IMG/VR virus record: IMGVR_UViG_3300046168_000009
DNA length: 20,000 nucleotides
From: an uncultured virus (IMG/VR IMGVR_UViG_3300046168_000009)
Lineage: Duplodnaviria > Heunggongvirae > Uroviricota > Caudoviricetes > Crassvirales
Reading direction: 5' to 3' (one strand)
A model generated the notes under the pieces. That model had not been told where the DNA came from, ran no database searches, and worked only from the letters and a program-made list of their open reading frames with translations. Below are positions 17,494-20,000 of this stretch, piece by piece. The stretch's first letter is position 1. Each line of letters opens with the position of its first letter. The translations under genes were made by a program, and so were the position numbers.

Positions 17494-17726
17494 AATTTAT
17501 TTAATTTATTTTCTATTCTTTTTATTTTATTTTGAATAACTGCACATTTTTGGTACTCTTCTTGCTCTAAATACGAAGACAATAGCGTCATAAGCTTTGC
17601 TAATTCAGCTAATAATTTTTGTTCTTCGTCTTCATCGGGTGGTACAAATGACAAATCCGCGTGAGCTTGTTCGTATAGAATTTGCGCCACGCGTTGTGCA
17701 ATTTTTTCAATGTCTTTGTCTGTCAT
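17490..17726 (-). CDS. small protein with a C-terminal UvrB/UvrC (UVR)-like coiled-coil motif
   Basis: The likely start is MTDKDIE, just downstream of the promoter motif. EQEEYQKCAVIQNKIKRIE resembles the UVR pattern E.YE.AA.IRD.I. Confidence 0.55.
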   Translation of the reverse strand: MTDKDIEKIAQRVAQILYEQAHADLSFVPPDEDEEQKLLAELAKLMTLLSSYLEQEEYQKCAVIQNKIKRIENKLNKL

Positions 17727-17731
17727 ATGTT

Positions 17732-17764
17732 TATTATCATTTTTGATTCGTATTTTGTTTGTAA
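17732..17764 (-). promoter_or_regulatory. putative phage promoter, copy 1 (TTACAAA-N3-AATACGA-N9-GATAATA)
   Basis: Three 7-bp blocks identical to 19693..19725 with the same spacing, ending 5 bp before an ATG. Confidence 0.65.
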
Positions 17765-18213
17765 AGTTTCCAATCGGTATAGTCAAACCTTTCAGGCATA
17801 AACCAACCACTTTTTAATATATCACTTACTTTACTTACAAATACACAAGAATTATTGTATTGATTCCAGCATGTTATCCACACGTCTGGTTTACCTGTCC
17901 ATATTGTGTAAGTGTAGTTATGATCTATATTCTCGTGAGAAGGGTATAAATACTGCGAATTATAATGAAAGTCTTTAACTAAGTGAGACGCAATTCTTGA
18001 TGCATCATTAAACCTAGTAAAACCTTCATCTTCTTGCATATGTTTAACCCAGTTAGCTAGTTCTATAGCTCTGTATTCAGGATAACCATCGTGATGTAAA
18101 TACATATTTACATGGCTTTTGTCACTGATAACGCTTGGATTACAAGCAAAACCTAGGTCATTATCTTCCGCAGCCGACCTTGGGACTACCATAGTTACAT
18201 TTCTTGTACTCAT
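17737..18213 (-). CDS. conserved phage hypothetical protein (Y.HxDGYP motif)
   Basis: The MSTR...YLHHDGYP pattern is common among phage early proteins of unknown function. Confidence 0.7.
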   Translation of the reverse strand: MSTRNVTMVVPRSAAEDNDLGFACNPSVISDKSHVNMYLHHDGYPEYRAIELANWVKHMQEDEGFTRFNDASRIASHLVKDFHYNSQYLYPSHENIDHNYTYTIWTGKPDVWITCWNQYNNSCVFVSKVSDILKSGWFMPERFDYTDWKLYKQNTNQK

Positions 18214-18227
18214 ATTATTTTAATTAG

Positions 18228-18300
18228 GTGCGCAGGGTGGATTCGAACCACCGACCTCTAGCTTATGAGGCTAGCGAGCTACCAACTGCTCTACCGCGCA
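18228..18300 (-). tRNA. tRNA with CAU anticodon (Met/fMet-like); CCA not encoded
   Basis: Complete cloverleaf: UGCGCGG UA GAGC AGUUGGUA GCUC G CUAGC CU CAU AA GCUAG AGGUC GGUGG UUCGAAU CCACC CUGCGCA C. The anticodon is at 18265-18267. Confidence 0.93.
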
Positions 18301-18305
18301 ATTTT

Positions 18306-18575
18306 TTAGTCTAGTAAGACCATGTAGGCATTCACATTGTTTTTTCTAAACCATGTTAACGCTTTTTGAAAGTCATTTATTAGGCTTTTGTCTTCTAGCC
18401 CCATTTCAAAAACAGCTTGTGTACCCATTATGAAATCATAAATGGATAACTCTAGTCCGTTTAGATAAAAATCTTCTTTTGAAAAAGGATTTGTTACTGT
18501 TTCTCCTTTTGTGTATATTTCTCCATTGAACCATTTTGGTATTTCTTGTTTAATTTTCTGTTGTTTCGTATTCAT
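18306..18575 (-). CDS. hypothetical protein
   Basis: 89-aa ORF ending AYMVLLD, in operon orientation. Confidence 0.75.
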   Translation of the reverse strand: MNTKQQKIKQEIPKWFNGEIYTKGETVTNPFSKEDFYLNGLELSIYDFIMGTQAVFEMGLEDKSLINDFQKALTWFRKNNVNAYMVLLD

Positions 18576-18996
18576 AACCTTCTTCTATTAATTCGTTTTC
18601 TACTTCTTGTTTAATATCATTTACATAAGAGTCATATACTTCTGTAACCGCATCTTGTACATAATACTCTTCAAGGTCTTCTACGTATATAAGTTCATTA
18701 TAATCTGTCATAGCTTCTACTAGTTTTTCTGATAAATCACTATCATAGTAGTGTACATCTTCACTTATACATACATTTCTACCATCACCACTTGTTGTAA
18801 CCCATACTTCATAGCCATCTGCTGTGCTTTCACAGTATATACTATAGTCGGGTGTATTGTTCCAGTTGTCTGTTAGCTGAAAATCGTAGTGTTTTTGTAT
18901 TACTTTTAAAGCTTCATCGTGTTCAATATCAAATTTTACACCATGCGCTTCTAGTCTCTTGTCGATTAATTCTTCTGTTAATAGTTTCTTTTTCAT
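18550..18996 (-). CDS. highly acidic hypothetical protein
   Basis: The likely start is MKKKLLTEE at 18996 (4-bp overlap with the upstream stop). The C-terminal half is very D/E/Y-rich. Confidence 0.75.
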   Translation of the reverse strand: MKKKLLTEELIDKRLEAHGVKFDIEHDEALKVIQKHYDFQLTDNWNNTPDYSIYCESTADGYEVWVTTSGDGRNVCISEDVHYYDSDLSEKLVEAMTDYNELIYVEDLEEYYVQDAVTEVYDSYVNDIKQEVENELIEEGYEYETTEN

Positions 18997-19229
18997 TTTT
19001 TTATAATATTTTCGCCATACATAAAAGCATAACTGTTTAAATTCCAAGATTCAAGATCACTATAAGTAATTAGCTCTCTCACATCGTCAATTGTTAGTTC
19101 ATACCACATTAATTTTGACATCAATGTGTATTTTAGTCTTTTTGCAGTGGTGTACTTTCTAGCACTAGCTTGCAAAGCTGATTTAACGTCGGGCAATAGA
19201 TTGTCGTAGACGGTGTTTATTTTACTCAT
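18993..19229 (-). CDS. hypothetical protein
   Basis: 78-aa ORF in operon orientation. Confidence 0.7.
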   Translation of the reverse strand: MSKINTVYDNLLPDVKSALQASARKYTTAKRLKYTLMSKLMWYELTIDDVRELITYSDLESWNLNSYAFMYGENIIKK

Positions 19230-19246
19230 TGTTTATAATTTATAGT

Positions 19247-19672
19247 TTAATAATTCCATACTGATACTCCATTATACATAGTCAAATTTCTCATATTGTA
19301 GTTTCTTTTGCAAAAATCTACTATATACATAAGTCTCGCAAGCGGATCATGTATTAATTCTCTAGCATAACATATAGCTTTTGAAGTTTTTAATTTACCG
19401 TCTTGTATAACAGTCCATCTTTCTTCGCGTTTGTACACTTTGTTTAGCTGATATATTCTATCGCTAGAGTTACATCTTCTAACATAACCTGAAGTATAAG
19501 AAGCTAATTGATCGCCGTTAGGCAACACAAATTGTCTTGTGCCATTTTTCTTCTGTCTTTCAGTAGTCATTTCTTTGATATTATACTCTACAAACATACG
19601 TTTAGCGAATAAATCTACTAATTCTGCACGTCTTTGTTTCCAATTCATATGCTCTTGTTCTAAATCTCTCAT
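19247..19672 (-). CDS. hypothetical protein (Y.SGYVR motif)
   Basis: 141-aa ORF directly downstream of promoter copy 2. Confidence 0.75.
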   Translation of the reverse strand: MRDLEQEHMNWKQRRAELVDLFAKRMFVEYNIKEMTTERQKKNGTRQFVLPNGDQLASYTSGYVRRCNSSDRIYQLNKVYKREERWTVIQDGKLKTSKAICYARELIHDPLARLMYIVDFCKRNYNMRNLTMYNGVSVWNY

Positions 19673-19692
19673 AGTTTTAATTTAATTTATTA

Positions 19693-19725
19693 TATTATCG
19701 ATTCTTCTTCGTATTTAATTTGTAA
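19693..19725 (-). promoter_or_regulatory. putative phage promoter, copy 2
   Basis: Reads TTACAAA TTA AATACGA AGAAGAATC GATAATA on the - strand, ending 20 bp upstream of the ATG at 19672. Confidence 0.65.
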
Positions 19726-19729
19726 TTAG

Positions 19730-19867
19730 TGGACGTGGCAGGAATCGAACCTGCGTTTTCAAAGGGTAATAACTATTGAGTGTTTTTAGTGGAGGGCTAA
19801 GAACCTCATACACTTGCATTATCACTCGCATTACTACTCGATACTTTGAGCTAACCATTTCACGCCC
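19730..19867 (-). ncRNA. 138-nt tRNA-like RNA resembling the tRNA-like domain of tmRNA (mini-tmRNA-like)
   Basis: 7-bp acceptor stem GGGCGUG/CACGUCC with G3-U70, discriminator A, canonical T arm GCAGG-UUCGAUU-CCUGC, and a stemless D loop containing GG. A long irregular helix replaces the anticodon arm. Confidence 0.75.
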
Positions 19868-19871
19868 ATAA

Positions 19872-19931
19872 AGCAGCAATAAGATGCGCGTCATTTACCG
19901 GTGTGTACCCTGACTTATACTTACTACTGCT
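19872..19931 (-). ncRNA. structured RNA hairpin upstream of the tmRNA-like element
   Basis: 12-bp stem AGCAGUAGUAAG/CUUAUUGCUGCU with two G-U pairs that form only on the - strand, and an inner stem GUCA/UGAC. Confidence 0.45.
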
Positions 19932-20000
19932 AAACCGCTTCACAACCGTGCACTACTATTTCAAGCTGTGGTTGTTCTTCACGTATTTGTAACTAGTGAG

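Noticed and set aside
19715..19858. 47-codon ORF (MVSSKYRVVMRVIMQ...RPLITN) running through the tmRNA-like RNA
   Set aside because: It lies almost entirely within an element with a perfect T arm and acceptor stem and ends inside the promoter motif. The RNA explanation accounts for the sequence better, though dual use cannot be excluded.
19730..19867. Reading as a standard tRNA, a group I intron-containing tRNA or a two-piece permuted tmRNA
   Set aside because: There is no D stem or anticodon loop, the insert of about 95 nt is too short for a group I intron, and the 5' and 3' halves are in normal, unpermuted order.
1..20000. CRISPR array, integrase/att site, intein or intron in RNR, helicase or ligase
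   Set aside because: No regularly spaced repeats or integrase were seen, and these genes are compact with no insertion-sized gaps.

Overview
AT-rich, gene-dense segment of a tailed dsDNA phage genome. The host is probably a Bacteroidota/Flavobacteriia species; this is inferred from A/T-rich starts lacking Shine-Dalgarno sequences and from the SSB and RNR types. Two modules converge on a strong hairpin terminator at about 4290-4317. The + strand (1-4243) carries the C-terminus of a very large, probably virion, protein, an amidase endolysin, a DUF6321-like protein, a holin-like gene and a small Cys/Trp/Lys-rich peptide. The - strand (4325-20000) carries class I RNR alpha and beta, a 2OG-Fe(II) oxygenase, a T7 endonuclease I-like nuclease, two all-alpha NTP-pyrophosphatase-like proteins, a ThyA-fold enzyme, a primase-helicase, SSB, RecE-like exonuclease, ERF, a sigma-70-like factor, a 3D-domain protein, a DenV-family glycosylase, an ATP-dependent ligase, early hypotheticals, a tRNA(CAU) and a structured ncRNA region. 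Highlights: (1) a 138-nt tmRNA-like RNA with alanine identity elements (G3-U70, A73) but no pseudoknot/mRNA domain, inside a cluster of structured RNAs; (2) a ThyA-fold enzyme with the cytosine-specifying Asp directly followed by a GIY-YIG-like/MazG fusion, suggesting a compact cytosine-modification module; (3) an RNR beta with an all-Glu ligand set (class Id-like but lacking the Lys); (4) a repeated three-block phage promoter motif; (5) a roughly 430-bp frameshift-riddled patch that breaks the sigma and HTH genes and is most likely a sequencing artefact. All family calls come from motif recognition by eye; no searches were run.
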